64,000 nt of DNA from Prorocentrum cordatum (taxonomy: Eukaryota), in the NCBI GenBank assembly GCA_963575745.1, contig CAUYUJ010000003.1:434001-498000 (forward strand). The letters run 5' to 3'. Position numbers and translations under genes: made by a program. Of this stretch, positions 13,196-27,164 are shown piece after piece; the first letter of the stretch is position 1; each line of letters starts with the position of its first letter. Under the pieces are notes generated by a model, which worked only from the letters and a program-made list of their open reading frames with translations, ran no database searches and was not told the origin of the DNA.

Positions 13196-16089
13196 TGCTG
13201 GCGTGCACGGTGGGGTGGGAAAGTTATCGGCGATGGCACATGGCTGGTTTGCGGGTTAACCCTTTGCGCGCGTGCTGACGGACACATCATGACTTGGTAG
13301 ACGAGCTAGAACGGAGCTAAATTCAGATGAGGATAAGTCGAGAAGCCTGAGATGCAACGGCTCTGGAGGATGTATCGGGCGTCGCGGCCTTCTCAGAGCG
13401 CCCCGGAACGCTCTGAGAGCGTTCCGGAACGCTCTGGGACCGATGTCCCTTCTCTCGGATCTGGCGTTGCCAAAACACGGGGACACTCGACGTCGCAGTA
13501 AGTCACCAGCGGAGCCCTAGACCCCATCTTCCTGCGCCACGTCTCGAGCCGCATCGATCTGTGAGGGGCTCGGGGGCCGCAGCCTGGCGAAAACGCCCGT
13601 TGCTAGAGAATAGCAGCGCTCGGATATGAGGGTCTAGCCCGCTCTCTGTTGCCGAGGGAACAGCGCGGACTTCGCCCACGCGTGAGCATACGTGCGGGGA
13701 GATGCCGCCCCCCGCGCATGCCCGCGCGACGACGGGCGCTGGCCGTGGGGTGCGCTCGGCCGCGCGAGGGCGGCCAAGACGAAAGGGAGGGATCGTAACG
13801 GGCAGGGTCGGGAAGCGGCTGACATGAGGTGGGAAATTGGAAACTTCGTAGCTGCTGGGAGCACCGTAGCGGCATCACCCGGGATCCGAGCACACGTCGT
13901 CGGCCCAAGTCCGCATGCCAAGCGACCCGCCGTCGGCGAAGCCTCCTGCACAGACCTGGTCGCGTGGCAGAACAGCTGCATGCAGCTAGTTTGGCGCGGA
14001 GCTCGCTACATGCAGGTCGTGTCGCGCCAAACTAGCCATATGCAACCAATCCAGCGCGAAACCATCTGCATCAAGCTAATTTGGCTCGACGCCCACGCCG
14101 CCGTATAGCAAAACAGACAACTCGGCACAAATAGATTTGAATGGAATGGATGCTCGAAATTAGCTCCTGTAGCTGATTCCTTTCAGCTGTTTGCTGCACC
14201 CACCTGGGCGCCGGCCAGCCGCAGGTGGGCACAGCAAATCGCCGGATCACTGCACCGAGCGCGCGCTGCGTACGCTCATGCCCAAGACGGCCCTGGTGGG
14301 ATAAGGGGGGAGGGGAGAAGGGGAGGTGGGAGGAGGGTGCGGGGTTGGGGGGGTGAGGGGGTGAGGGTGAGGGTGAAAGAGAAGGGGGGGCGAGGGGAGA
14401 AACCAACCCTCGTAGGGGGAGAGCGCCGCCGATCTGTGCAGGCCAGCCAAAACACCTGCATGCCGACACGCAGCAATTTTCGTAACCTCCCCTTTCCCCA
14501 TCCCCCTGGACCCGGACGCGCGCGGCACTCACAGTCGGCGGCTTGAACTTTGAATCCCTCGAACCCCTGAGCCTATCCACCCCCCCTGGGCCTACCCCAC
14601 ATCCTCCTCCTCCTCCTCCTCCTCCTCCTCTTCCTCCCGGGCCTACCCCGCTCCAAAAAAACGTTGCCTCTGACCGGCAGGTGCGGCTTGGCGGCGGACC
14701 GCCGCGGGCGCTCGCGCCAGCCCGCTGCGCCCCCGCTGCGACGGTGGGGAATGGTTATGGCAGGTTCGCGTCGTGCCGACTTCGGCGTTGGTTCCTGACA
14801 CCGCAGGGATTGTTCAAACTTGAACGATCAACCGATTCCGAAACGTCAGATCGTTCAGCATCGACCGGTTCTGGGTCCCTGGCGGCGTTCAACGTTGAAC
14901 GAATGCGGCGGGGCCGCCGCCGGTCGACACGACGCTAACCTACCGTATGCACAACCATCGCCTGGGCGGCCCATGCCCTGGGACCCCAAGGGGGCGGCGC
15001 GCACAGGGGGTAGGGGGAGGGGGGGAAGGCTTCTGAGGAGGCCGCTTTTCAGAAGGCGCCAGCCCTGAACCTATAGATGAGGCCCGCGCCTCCTAAGAAG
15101 CAGGGGTGCTTCTAAGAAGCCCTCCCCCTACCCCTACCCCCCATCCCCGCGTCGCTGACAGGTCCGACTGGAAGGAGGATCACGAAGTTTGCCGGCCGGT
15201 CGGGCGAGTGACATGGGAAACCTGGCCAGCATGGGGACGGAGATCTCCACCATCTTGAGACAGGGCGACAGCTCGCTGGCTCGTCGCGTCTTGAGGCCCT
15301 TGAGGCGCTTTATCGGGCAGCCTCGAGCCCTCTTGTTGGGGCCTCTTCAGGCCATCTTGGAGTCCCTTCGGGCCGCGCGACGCTATTTGGGAATGTCTGG
15401 AGGCAGTTTGTGGATGTCTAGGGGCTGTATTGCCGACCTTGGGAAGTACTTGGGCCGTCTTGGGCTTCTTGGAGGCTGCCGTGGGCCTTTGGGTTCTTTT
15501 TGAAGCCTCTATAACGCCCTTCGGACCCTTCAAGCAAGCACCTTCAACCCAAAACTTACGAGTGTCAGATCAGTTGAAAAATACTCGGAAAAAGGCTTCG
15601 AAGAGTTTAATATCTCGGATGGCCACCGAGGCGCCCTGGGGGCGCCTGGGCGTTTTCCCATGGGCTGATGAGGCAATAGGAGGCAGGGCCCAGGGGCCGT
15701 CCAGATGCGATGCTGGGGCTCATATTGCGATCTTGGGACGTCTTGAGACCGACTTGGAGGCCGTGTGTAGTCCTGGGTTTCTTGGGGACTCGGGTGGGCA
15801 TGCTGGGCACGTCAGGAAGTTTTTGCGGCCCGTCTGTGGACAACTTTGAGCTGGAATTCGGCGATCGCCAAGGATCCATTTACGCTCATGCATGTCTGAC
15901 GATGTTCATCCCTCGGAGGCCCCCTTATAATGTCACCTTACAGCAGTAAGGGACCACGTGGGGTAACTTTGGTGCCAGGACCTGATGAAGCCCCTTGAGG
16001 AGGAGGATGAGGAGGAGGAGGAGCAAAAGGAGGACGAGGAGGAGAGGAGGGAGGAGGAGGAGGAGGACGACGATGGGGGATTTGTTTCA

Positions 16090-17725
16090 CGCTTGACCTC
16101 TGCCTGACCCCCAAGAATGGGGACCACCTCTCCTTACAGCACAATCCAGGGGGGGGGAGAAACTGTACATACTTCTCCCTCCTGATCTGCTGTGGGTGTC
16201 GGCTCTGGATGAAATAGTCCCAGGCCGTAAGACCAGCACCAGCTTTCTTTCTGGTGCATTCCTCACCCAGCTTCTTGACTCGGCCTCCAGTGCTGTAAAA
16301 AACCACATCGCCGGCAAATACAGAGGAAGGAGCCGCCTGTGCAGTCGACCACCGCACACAGGTGGCCATGGTGTTCCAAAAGGCTCGGGCAGAGTCTGGG
16401 CGGCACAAGACAAGGGCCAGGAACTGGGCGCGTATGACCTCTTCTCCCCCGCAGGCAAGATCCACGCTGCCAATATTCACCTGTCCAAGCCCACTCGTGG
16501 GGCGACTGCGACGCCTGAGGGGCCTTGCCAGGTTTGATGACTTGGACGCTGGAAAGATCAAGCCTCGGCCAACGAGGCACAAGTCTGGCCGCCAACAGTA
16601 TGACAGCCATCGGGACACGGATCTCGCGCTCAACGCGAAACAGCAAACACATCGGTGGGGGGGGGGCCTGAGGGTGGACTCCCGCGCCCTGCTTAGCAGC
16701 GCGGTCGGCGTGGGAGTTGCCAGCTCTCCTACAGGCCTCCTGAACAGAAATTCTATCTTCGTCTAAAGCCTTGTGCGCGGCAACTTTGACCAGGCCCTGA
16801 AGGAAAGGGCCCGCCCCAGAGAACGCTTCCAGCACCGAGCCAGCATTGGCCCGATGCCCCCCGAGGCGGCCCCGAGGGCCCCTGCCGCAAACCGAAACAA
16901 CCGAAGCACAATCTCAGAAACTTACAGGAGGCGGCACATAGTGCCCTGGATGCGCAGAGGCCCCAGTCAGAAAGCTGACAAGATCAACCGAATTGCTGTC
17001 GCGCGCTTCTCGAGCCCAGGTAATCAACTCCATCCCAACCAAATCGACCCTTTCATCCTGACATACAGCGCACTCCCATAGTCTATGAAACAGAGAACCC
17101 ACCTTAGCATGCCAGAGAGGGCACGGCGGGCTGACTTGGTAGCCATACCTTAGCGCACGAGAGTTGGCCCATAAGGCATTACACGAGAGAGCTCGCAGAG
17201 AACCCTTCTCCCAGTCCCAGAGTTTTTCGAGCGGAGCCCAGCCGTGACGACATCGACGCAGAGACGATTCGATCCACCAAGGTCGGGGGGGGGGATCCGA
17301 TCGGGGGCCAACTCCACGGCAGGCTCGCCTAAGCCTTGCGCAGGCACGGGTGGAGGCGCACCTGCGCCGCAGAAAAGAACGCCATCCACCAGCTTGCCGT
17401 ACGCCGCTCTCTCAAGCTGGAGAAGAACAGCTTGGTGGAACAGCACTTTGAAGAGGGCTGGCGAAAGCAAAGTACGCGAGAGCTCGCGACCCATGTCATC
17501 TACGAGAACCACCATGTGCTTCATATCCCAGCCGATCCGTCTGAGACTCCTAAACATGGCGCGCATGGGTCCCGAAACTCTCCTCCTGGTGAAAGCTTTC
17601 TGTCGACTCGAAACGCACACCTTCCCAGGAAGCTCGAATAGTGGCCGAACCCAGTGTCCCAGGAAAAGCGTTGGCCCTGAGAAGCCACAGCTCTTTCACA
17701 TACAGAATAATCGAGGCCACTGAGC
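16090..17725 (-). mobile_element. Degenerate 3' fragment of a non-LTR retrotransposon with RNase H domain
   Basis: LVKVAAH...GNSHADRAAKQGA matches the RNase H C-terminal signature (VKAH...GNxxADxxAK); Cys-rich tail (CRRCG); post-RT-like segment GPMRAMFRSLRRIGW; frameshifted. Confidence 0.75.
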
Positions 17726-18833
17726 CGCGCCAGACTGGATCGCCCTCTAGCAAAGACAGCACTGTTAGAGATAAGGACGACGAGGGAGGAATAGGAGGAG
17801 GAGGAGGAGGAGGAGGAGGAGGAGGAGGAGGAGGAGGAAGAGGAGGCAAGGTACCCTGAAAGAGACGAGAAGAGGGCAAGCGGGCACGAGGCGAGACGAG
17901 GGCAATAGTGACGTCCGCCGCGCCCGTCGCGAGCTCTCTCGCCTATGGAGTAGTGCTTTGGGAGCTTGGCTCGCTGCGGACATCGCCGCAGGGCGTGAGC
18001 TCGAGTCAGCGTGATCCTTCATTCTGTTGTAGAGGTGAAACGCTAACGTGATGAGCTCGGTTGTCGAGCGCAGCGAAAGCGGATTCTGATTCTCGGGCGG
18101 GTACGCAGCTGCAGGCCCAAGGCCCCAGGCTGCGAGCGTCGAGCGAAGGGGGGGTGGACCAGGGGTCCAGAAGAGGCTCGAAAGCGAGGGGCAGATGAGG
18201 TCGTGGGGGAAAGAATCCGGTTGGTTCCCGCACCCAAAAACGCATAGTTTTGGGGCGAGCGCGTGCATGCGGCCAGTGGTAGTCAATCCACCGCTGAGTG
18301 TCTTAAGTGTGGCCCAGCGCCAGCTGGGGCGCACCGTTCTGGGTGATTCAGTGAGTGCAAACCAGCGCTTTTGCAGCTCTCCTGGCGTCGCCGGCGCCTG
18401 GGGCCCCCAGGCCGAGATGCGTTTGAGCAAGGTGACTGTAAACGGCGAATCGAATGCTTGCTCTGCAGGCTTGCGTGCAAATGTGCGCTAGCATGTCGGG
18501 CGACACGGCGGGGCAGCCGCTGCGGCCTCGCGCAGTTCGAGGCAGGCGGCGTGCAAATCAGCTGAGACGGCTTGGCGGATGAATGGCTTCTGAGGCTGGG
18601 CACCGATGAGGAAGCGATAATACTGCGCAATGGGCTGCTGGGGCGATCAGAAGGCGGGCGACCACGTGCCAGCCCACCAGCGGGGCGCGTTCAGAAGGGG
18701 GGGGTCCTCGCGAGAAAATGTCGGCGAGGCGATCGGCACACGGCCCCTGGTCTCCCGCGAGAGTGGCGGCGGCAGAGCGAGCAGCGGCAGCCGCAGATGT
18801 GACCTGAGCGAACTGCGGGACAGGTGGCGGGCT

Positions 18834-20139
18834 TCACCACGCCATGGCAATGAAATCAACCTTGCGCAGAGAATTCGGCGGCAGGCTGAGCATCTCATGG
18901 AAGACGTGCTGTTCACGGCGGGCGATCAACGGCTGAAGCGGACAGAACTGAGCGACATCGCTGAGCGTGGACAGGATTGTGGTATTACAGAGGCGAACTG
19001 TGGCGTCACTGCCACCCTGCACTAACTGTGGAAGATTCCCCCTTTGCCACAATTTCTGCCCCGGCGCGAGCCACTGCGAAGCCAGCGGGGCCTCCAGACC
19101 GAGGAACGTGCCGAGATATTTGGCACGGCCCGCAACCGAGAAACCACCCCAAGGAGGACCGAGCTCGGCCAGGAGGGATTTGGCTTGGGCAGTGGTATCT
19201 GGGGTCGCCGCGGCCCAGAGCGGAACGATGCGACATTTGCGAGGCTTGAGCGAGAGGAGCGCTAGCTCCTCGGCTGCGGAAAAAGGCTCAGATGCGCTGC
19301 GCAGCGTGTCGAAAGAGTACGTCAGCAGCCCGATGTCGTCCGCGCGCAAGCCGAGGTAGCCAGCGCCCAGATTCGGCGTGCCGTCGTGGTGCTCCACAAA
19401 CGTGGCGAGGTGGCGGATGAGCGGGTCCATGGCGATGGCCCAGGCCGAGCCCGAAGCAGGACAGGCCTGCGCAATTCCAGACTCTATGGCGAACATGGCG
19501 TGCCTGATGCCGTCGATTTTGACGTAGCTGTTCGGGGCAAAGCACAGCGCGCGGAAGAGGTTCATGAGGCCAGACGGGGCCCCGAAGTGCCCCAGCGCGG
19601 CGAAGAGCCAAACCCGCCCCAAGGACGGGAAGGCGGCAGAGAAGCCGAAGCTCGCGAAAACGGGCTTGGATTGAAGAGCTTCAGGGAGTATTCCTGCTCG
19701 CCGCATCTCAGAACCGAAGCGAACAATGTGATTGGTGAAGTCGCGCTTCTGCGCGAAGCCCCGTTGCGCCATGTGGGTGCGCTCTGCCGCAGCGCCCTTG
19801 ATGAGGTAGTTGGCTGCCCCAGCGATGGCATTTATGTAGTTTTTTTAGCGAGGGCGGTCGGGTATCATCTGAGGCTCGGTCTGTCGCGAATTCGCCAACA
19901 GAGTTGTCGCCCTTCGGCAGGAAGGCGAAGTCGGAATCATTCAAGTCGCGGGTGTAGTACTGGCCAGAGCAGAGGAAGCAGGACACGTCCTCCAGGAAGG
20001 TAAGCGAGGCATCGTGCGCGAGCCAAGCGGAGGACGGCAAGCAGCCGGGGCCTGGTGCTGACGGCGAAGCGCGCTGCAGGAAGGCCTTTATCTGCGACTT
20101 CGCGGGGGCCCCAATGTCCAGGGTCTCGCCCTTCGGCAT
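18834..20139 (-). pseudogene. Reverse transcriptase domain of the LINE (frameshifted)
   Basis: ORFs 19708-20139 and 18834-19772 together carry the conserved RT motifs; catalytic motif reads RADD. Confidence 0.88.
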
Positions 20140-20231
20140 GCGCGTGCAGATGTAATTGGTGAGCTTGGTCTCGTCGACAGGCTCGGCGGCGAAGATGGGC
20201 TGCCAGCGGTCGCGCAGGGCGCGACCGTCGA

Positions 20232-20287
<56 letters not shown>

Positions 20288-20450
20288 ATCTCGGGGCCGT
20301 CTGGGCCCGTGACCTCGGTTCCCTGCAGGGCGAGACGGCGCTTCCAGGGGGCCCATGGGGGGGCCCCGCGCCGGGCGGTCCGAAAGACCTCACGGAGCTT
20401 CTCAGGAACCAGGGCGCCAGCGCGCCCCAGAGGGCGCCGCGCGGCTTGCT

Positions 20451-20809
<359 letters not shown>

Positions 20810-21051
20810 GCCGTGCCTCGAAGGCGCGGTTGAGCTGCGAAGCGAGCGCGGCGAGGACAGCAGGCACGTTGATCGCAATGATGCCGTCAGAGATGTTGGC
20901 GAACTTGGCGCCGAGCTCGGTCGCGGAGGCAACCCCGCGGGCCAGTTGAAGGTCTCGACGCCGAACGGCTCGAGAGACGGAGCGCATCCTGTAGACCCTG
21001 CCAGCCAGGAAGCCTGTCTTGTTGAAATCCCCAGTGGTACGGCGGACCCAA

Positions 21052-22070
21052 TCATCGCGAACCAGCTGGGCGGCCTCCGCCAAGAGGCGCTCGCGGGTGT
21101 GCCATCGGCTGTCCAACGAGACGCATTCGAAGCTGGTGGCTTCCAGGAGCTGCTGGAGGTAGATGGCGCAATTCGGATCGCGAAAGATAAAAAGGGTGGA
21201 TGGCCTGCTCGCCCTTCGGGGTGCGCGGCTTGATGCCGATCGAGAAAATGATGATAGCGTGGTCGCTAAGGCGATTGTCCGAGAACAACGCGGCGTCGCG
21301 CACCGCGTTCGCGTGGATCGAGAGCTCCTGGGCGGCGCGCGAGGGCAGGCTGATGAAGATGCGGTCGATGGTCGCGGCTGCGAAGTCCGAGCGGTTGAAG
21401 CGCGCGGGGGGCCCGGTCTCAATTTCGAGCGCGGAGTGGAGGAGGGGCTTCAAGAAGGGCTGCTGCTGGCGCGTGCTGTTGCCCAGCGCCAGCCTGGCGC
21501 GCTGCGGCTGCGGCTGCAGGAAGCTTTGCGGCGGGCGGCTAGCTAAGTTGATGCCCCCGATCGCGATGGGGGTGCGCATGCGGTAGTTAGTTTCCGCCCA
21601 GGTGCGGCGCAGCTTCCAAGCCCGGTGGAACTCGCGGCGGTCCGCGTCGGCGATCTCGTGATTATGCGCGCTAATAAGGACCAGCGTGGCGTGCGCGACG
21701 GCGCGCGCGACGGCCGCCAGCTGGACTCCTGGTCTTCATGGGCGAATAGCGGGAGCTGGTTCGGCTGCAGCTGCTCGGGCTCCATCGGGGTGAACCAGGG
21801 GATGCGCGCGGCGACGCCGCCCGCGGCGTTCGGGCCGTCGCCGTCGACGCGCGGGGGCTCAGAGAAGAAGAGCTTGTAGGGGCACGTCTGCGCGTCGACC
21901 CAGATGCGGGGCAGGGCCTCCGGTCCGTGGTCTTCTTGCAGCGTGGTGACGCACTTGCGCTTCATGTATTTCACTAGGGCGGCCTGCTTGCGACGGCGGC
22001 GCTTGCTCTTGTAGCGCGCGAGGGCTCTGGCGTTCCACGTGGCGATAGTGGTCGGCCCGGCGGCGTCGTC
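21052..22070 (-). pseudogene. APE/EEP endonuclease domain of the LINE
   Basis: TWNARAL, LQEDH, GGINL (GDFN-like), IDRIF and SDH motifs occur in the correct order. Confidence 0.85.
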
Positions 22071-23930
22071 TACCCTCCGCGGAGCCCAATGGTGGTTGGG
22101 ATCGTCACGTGGCCGACTCCGTGTCAGCAAAGAAGAGCGCGCGGAAGGAAGTGATGACGTTGCCGCGATCGCTGCGCTGGAACTGCGGGTGGTCAGCGGC
22201 CTGGTCGCTCCACTGGATAATGGGCGGATCGGCATGACCTCTGACGACGATTTTGACAATGGGCTTGGAGTCAGCGAGTATTTCGCCTTTGTTCCTGAGC
22301 GCCCCTCATCTCTTTCCAGGGCATCGTTGTTGCATAAACTGGGGTAGTTTCTCTGTTTGAACTTCGGTGCGGGTCTGCTTGGGAGGCTTGTCGGGGTTGA
22401 GGTATATGTATCAGTGCTGTCCAGCGATGTCTGTCGATGAAAACCTTCCCCGCTTCCCAGCGGCATCCTGGAGGGCGCGCGATAAGGCAGGGGCGCGAGG
22501 CACTGCAACAGCATTATCTCCTTTGACTTGCAGAATGAAGCGGCGAGCAGGTGCGCCACCGAGGAGCTCGACGCGGCTTGACTGTAGGTTGGCAGCGGCA
22601 ATCCACCCTTGGAAGTCGTTGGGCAGCTAATCTGGCGCGATGAGGCGCTAGCTACTGATCGCGAAGAGCGCCGGGTCGGGCTGTCGGCCCCGCTCGGCAA
22701 GGCGGTTGCGGTCAATGATCGGCGCCTGGGCTTCGGCGAGGGCGAGCGCGTCGCGCATCTGGTCGATCTGTTGCCACGTGCGTTGATGCTCAGCAGCTTG
22801 GCGGCCTTGCTCTCTGCGAGCGCGGGCCACTTCGTCGTGTAGAGCGTCAACTCTTCGCTCAATAGCGATAATTTGCTGCTGCGCGAGACGTCTGAAGCTT
22901 TCGCGAGATTCGGCGAGTAGCTGGTCGGCTTGGGCTTGAAAACGAGTAGCGGCTGTGGCGACTTGACGTTGCATAAGTTCACGAAGGGCGACGTCAAGAT
23001 CTTCAGGGATCCAAGAAAGCGGTGCGTTTCGCTCAGGCGGGGTAGGTAGCTGCTCCAGAGGAGGCGCGGCGTGTCCATCAACTGGCGCGGCTGCGTAGCG
23101 GCTGCGGCGGCAACTTCTTGAGATGGGAATGTAGGAGCCAGCTCGGTGTCGCGCGCAAGCTGTGAGCCGAAGTTGCAGTTGGCCCAGGGGTCGGCGGCGC
23201 CCAGGAGCGGGTCAGCAGGCGGAAGATCATGCGGTGGCATATCTTCATATTCCATGGCCACGGGGGTGGCTTCGGCAGCGGCACGGCCGCCAGATCTGGC
23301 TGAGGATCGCGCTGACGTGGGCGGCGGTCTCGCGGCGCTTCGACCAGAAGCGCGTGAAGGAGCACCTGCGTGGCCTTGGCTGCTGAAGCCCGTGTAACCG
23401 AGCTGTCCGATATGTTTTCGAGCTGCACGTCGCCCATCTCGGCGAGGCTCTTCACGGCGGGGTTGGCGGTTGTCACCACGTTCGCGGCGGCGAGGCTCGT
23501 CGAGGCGATGTTGGCGGCCTTCGCGCCTGCTGCGAGACGTGGACCCGTTCGTTGCGGATTGGCTTCGGTCAAATGAGGCAGCCGACACGATGTCGAAGTA
23601 GCTGGTCGTAGTGGGAGCGGGAGCTGGAAGCCAAGCACCTGCAGAGATTCTTGTCCAGAACGTGGCGGTTGTGGCACAGGCCCAGGAGGAGGTAGCTGAG
23701 CGCGGCAATTTGGCTTGCGAGCCAGTGTAAGGAAGATCTCCGTGCAGCACGGTGCGGCGAAAGCCAACAGCTTGCCCAACGAGGGCGCGAATATGAAGGG
23801 CAGCCGCTAGCCCGTGATTGTGGCAGCAAGGAAAGGCGGCCGCTGGCCTGAGGTTGTGGCGGCAGACGAGTGGATGCTGGATCGCTCGGGAGCCTACCCC
23901 GCTGAGGCAACGAATGAAACGCCATTTGGC

Positions 23931-23952
23931 CTTGAACCAAAATGGCTACGGA
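23931..23952 (-). other. Genomic copy of the dinoflagellate spliced leader (DinoSL) at the LINE 5' end
   Basis: Reverse complement TCCGTAGCCATTTTGGTTCAAG is a 21/22 match to DCCGTAGCCATTTTGGCTCAAG. Confidence 0.93.
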
Positions 23953-25781
23953 AGAGGAGGAGGAGGAGGATCACGAGGAAGAGGGATGTTTGAGAGCCGT
24001 CTCAAGTGTTCTGGGGACTCTGCTGTGGCAGTGTGGTGCCGGCTCGGAGGCCCCTTTTCAACGGAGCCATCTTGGGACTCTCTTGGATACGCCCTGGTCA
24101 GAATAATTGCGCATGTCGTACCTGGTTAATCATATGGTTTAATCGATACATCAGTCAGGTGTCTATACGTTCATAATTACACACGCGCGCACCTGTAGAC
24201 GTATACGTGCTCAACTTTACCGTATTTGTTTGATATGCAGGGCGGGAGCGAACCTCTTCCGCAGAAAGCTAAGCGGGACGCGCACAGCTTTAACTAGCAG
24301 AGAAAAAAGCGGAAGAAGGCGGGGCCTCACGCGGCCAGGAGAGGGCGAAGCCCGGGGAGCAGGCATTGCCGAAGTGGACGTGCAGGAAAAGGTACACCTT
24401 GGACAGGAGCCTGGTGGTGAAGTCCTGGGAGGAGAAAGCCGGTGGTGGAGCCGTCAGCGGCGTTTCGAGAACACCAGCCACACAAACTGCGGGAGAGGAC
24501 GAGCCACTTCATCAGGTCGACGTCCGAGAGGAAGAAGAGCACCACAGAGTTGGAGTGCAACGTTGTGCCACCAAAGTGATGTCAGGAGTACCAGCCGTGG
24601 TAGTCACATGTTCAACCTAACTTTTCCCTGCATAATGCTCACATGTGAAAGCAAATCATATACATACATGATATCAGACGGGGGCCACCGACGCGGACAC
24701 TTAGAAAGAGAGAGAGAGAGGAACACCACAATAACGAAAAGAGAGGGGGAGAGAGAAAGACAGAGAGGGAGAGAGAAAGAGAAAGAGGGGAGTACATACC
24801 GACAATGCTTTAGACGATCTTCGTCTCGGGTGGGGGGAGCCTGGGCCCTTCTATTGGCCAGCGCGCATGCCCTCGCACCACTTCGTGCGTGGTTCGTTAA
24901 TCAGTCAGTCAGGGGGGAAACAGCTATCTTTGGAGGGCAACCGTGGCGCCACTTGGGAGCGTCCCGCGGCGTCTGGGCGTCCTCCCCCGGGTCGCTGGGC
25001 CACCTGGCGGTTCTAGGCGCTCTCGCGGGCCGCCCGAGCTGATCGCGAGGAGCCCAGTTGGAGCGACCAGGCCCAGAAGACCCAGGGCCCGGGGAACGCC
25101 CAGAGGGGTCGCCCGCAGCAATTCCATGTTTGTGGCTGGTGCGAAAGAAACTGAGAAGTCAATTGAGGGACGTGCGGAACTCATGCGCGCGGGCATCTCC
25201 ACCCCCCACTTCTCCACCGGCTGCAGCCATGGGTGCTAGGTGCACATGCCGCAACTTCTCTATCGCAGGTGTGCCTGCGCTCGCTGCCGGGGAATCAGGC
25301 TTCTCGTTGCCCGCGTTATTTTCGGCGGGGCCCGATAACTTCGACTGCCTGTGGACCCTCCGCACCTGGACCTGCCTTTCCCAAATCTGCAGTTTCCCAG
25401 GATTCTGGGTGTCAGCACGTTGTGGAGATGGGAAAATCCACCAGGCCCGCCCCCCTGGAATGTATAATATTGTTCTGCTAGGAAGCTAGAATACTTCAGT
25501 GCGGGGGGGCAACGACTTGCCATTGGGCGGTTCAGACGAATATTGCAATTAGCTGGGCATGCTGATATGAATGCGGCTGTTGCCAACGTCGCCTTGCATG
25601 ATGGAGTACCGCCGGTACCACAATGACGGGCGCCTTGTAATCACTGGCATCCCTAACAGCACAACGACTACCACAGGCACACAGGCAGGTATCAAGAGCA
25701 GCCCAAAGTGCAAAACCCACATTTGCATCGTGATCAACATCGAACTTGCGCCCATTCTAGTGAGCACCCTCAAGGATAAGC

Positions 25782-25952
25782 CTATGCCCATATGGGAGTT
25801 GACGTGCGACTTGCGTATTCACATGCTTGACTGCTCGCCACGCAGAGCGAAGCCACCGTGGCGTCCTCTTGACTCCTGGTCAGTGCCTCCTCGAGCTCAA
25901 TGACGCGGTCCTTCGCAGCCTCCGACTCGTCGCGAAGCTGCGACACACACTC
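25782..25952 (-). CDS. Probable terminal exon of a coiled-coil host gene (ECVSQLRDESEAAKDRVIELEEALTRSQEDAT...)
   Basis: AG acceptor immediately upstream; heptad-like, GC3-rich codons; stop at 25782-25784 (alternatively a GT donor at 25856). Confidence 0.5.
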   Translation of the reverse strand, partial: ECVSQLRDESEAAKDRVIELEEALTRSQEDATVASLCVASSQACEYASRTSTPIWA

Positions 25953-27164
25953 CTTGAGAGGGATATTACTCTGACCGCATCGCACGCTAGGTCGTGCTGG
26001 TATGACGAGGAATGCATGCCACCGCTCTTCGTCATTCATCCTCCTTCCTCTTCTACCGGGTCTTCACGCATCGCGCGCGCACCTGCTGGGAGCGCAGCGA
26101 GCGATCAGAGCTCGACGTGCGAGCCACAGCGCTCGCAGGCCGACCGCCAAAGCACGCACTGTAGGCGCGGTGACGAGGCCGTTGTAGGCTCCCAATGCCT
26201 GGGCGAAGCCACGGGTGAATGGGCCTCTGGGGAGCCCTGGAAAGGGCAGACGCCATCCCTCCTGGGTGGGCGGCGCGCGCGGGGGGGGGGGGGGCGCGAG
26301 GGGGGGGGCCCCCTCAGAAGGCTGGGTTAGCAAGCCTTCTCCGCCTCGAGGAAGCCTTACAGCAGGAGCGACCCCAGCATCAACTCCGTCGGACCTCCTC
26401 TCTTTGGGAGGAAGCGGGCCGGGCCGCTGCTGGCCCCCATGCGGCTCTCCTGGGCCCCTCGTCGGGGCCTCTTGGGTGCGTCTGGGGACCCCCAGGGGTC
26501 CACCGAGGCAGGGCGCTCCCAGGAGCCCTCGGGCCCCCTCCTGCAGGCCTGACTGCGTCGTGGGCCCGTCTGGGCCATCAAGGCAGGGCGCCCCCAGGGG
26601 CCCCCCAGGGCCCCTCCCTTCAGGCTGGGGCAGGCGCGCGCCCGAGGCACCACGCCCGCTGGTCCGCTGGTCCGCGGGCGGCCAGTCGCAGTGGTGCGGC
26701 GCCTCGCGGCTCGCATGGAGGCGCGAGGTGAGTCCCCATGCGAGAGCAGGGAGTCGACTACGTGCAAGAGTGACCCTGGGTAAGAGTGCCCTGTGGTGCA
26801 CGGCTTTTTGGAGTCGCGGGGGGGCCGAACACAAGCGCGCAAGACGCTACTACCGCATCGCGTGCGGCGATCGGGGGGCTCCAGTGGGCCCGCACCAAAG
26901 GTCACTCCGGCGAAAGGTCACTCTTACGTGTAGTCGATGAAGGCAGGAATGAGGGCAAAACGAATGCAGCAAAGACGAGTTGAGTCCCGTGAGTGCCGCT
27001 GCCAAATGGACGACGTCAGACACGGGAGGTCAAGCATTTTCAGCGAGCGTGTTTCCGATTGCTTTCGACCATCGGGGCAGCCGTGGGCATCTCGAGAGGG
27101 TGAAGCCTGCCCTGCTACCAGTTCGAGGGAAGAAACACGCTGAACATTACCAACATGTCGCGGG

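Noticed and set aside
24300..24620. Purine-rich coding-like stretch on the plus strand
   Set aside because: Frames are inconsistent and no motif is recognisable.
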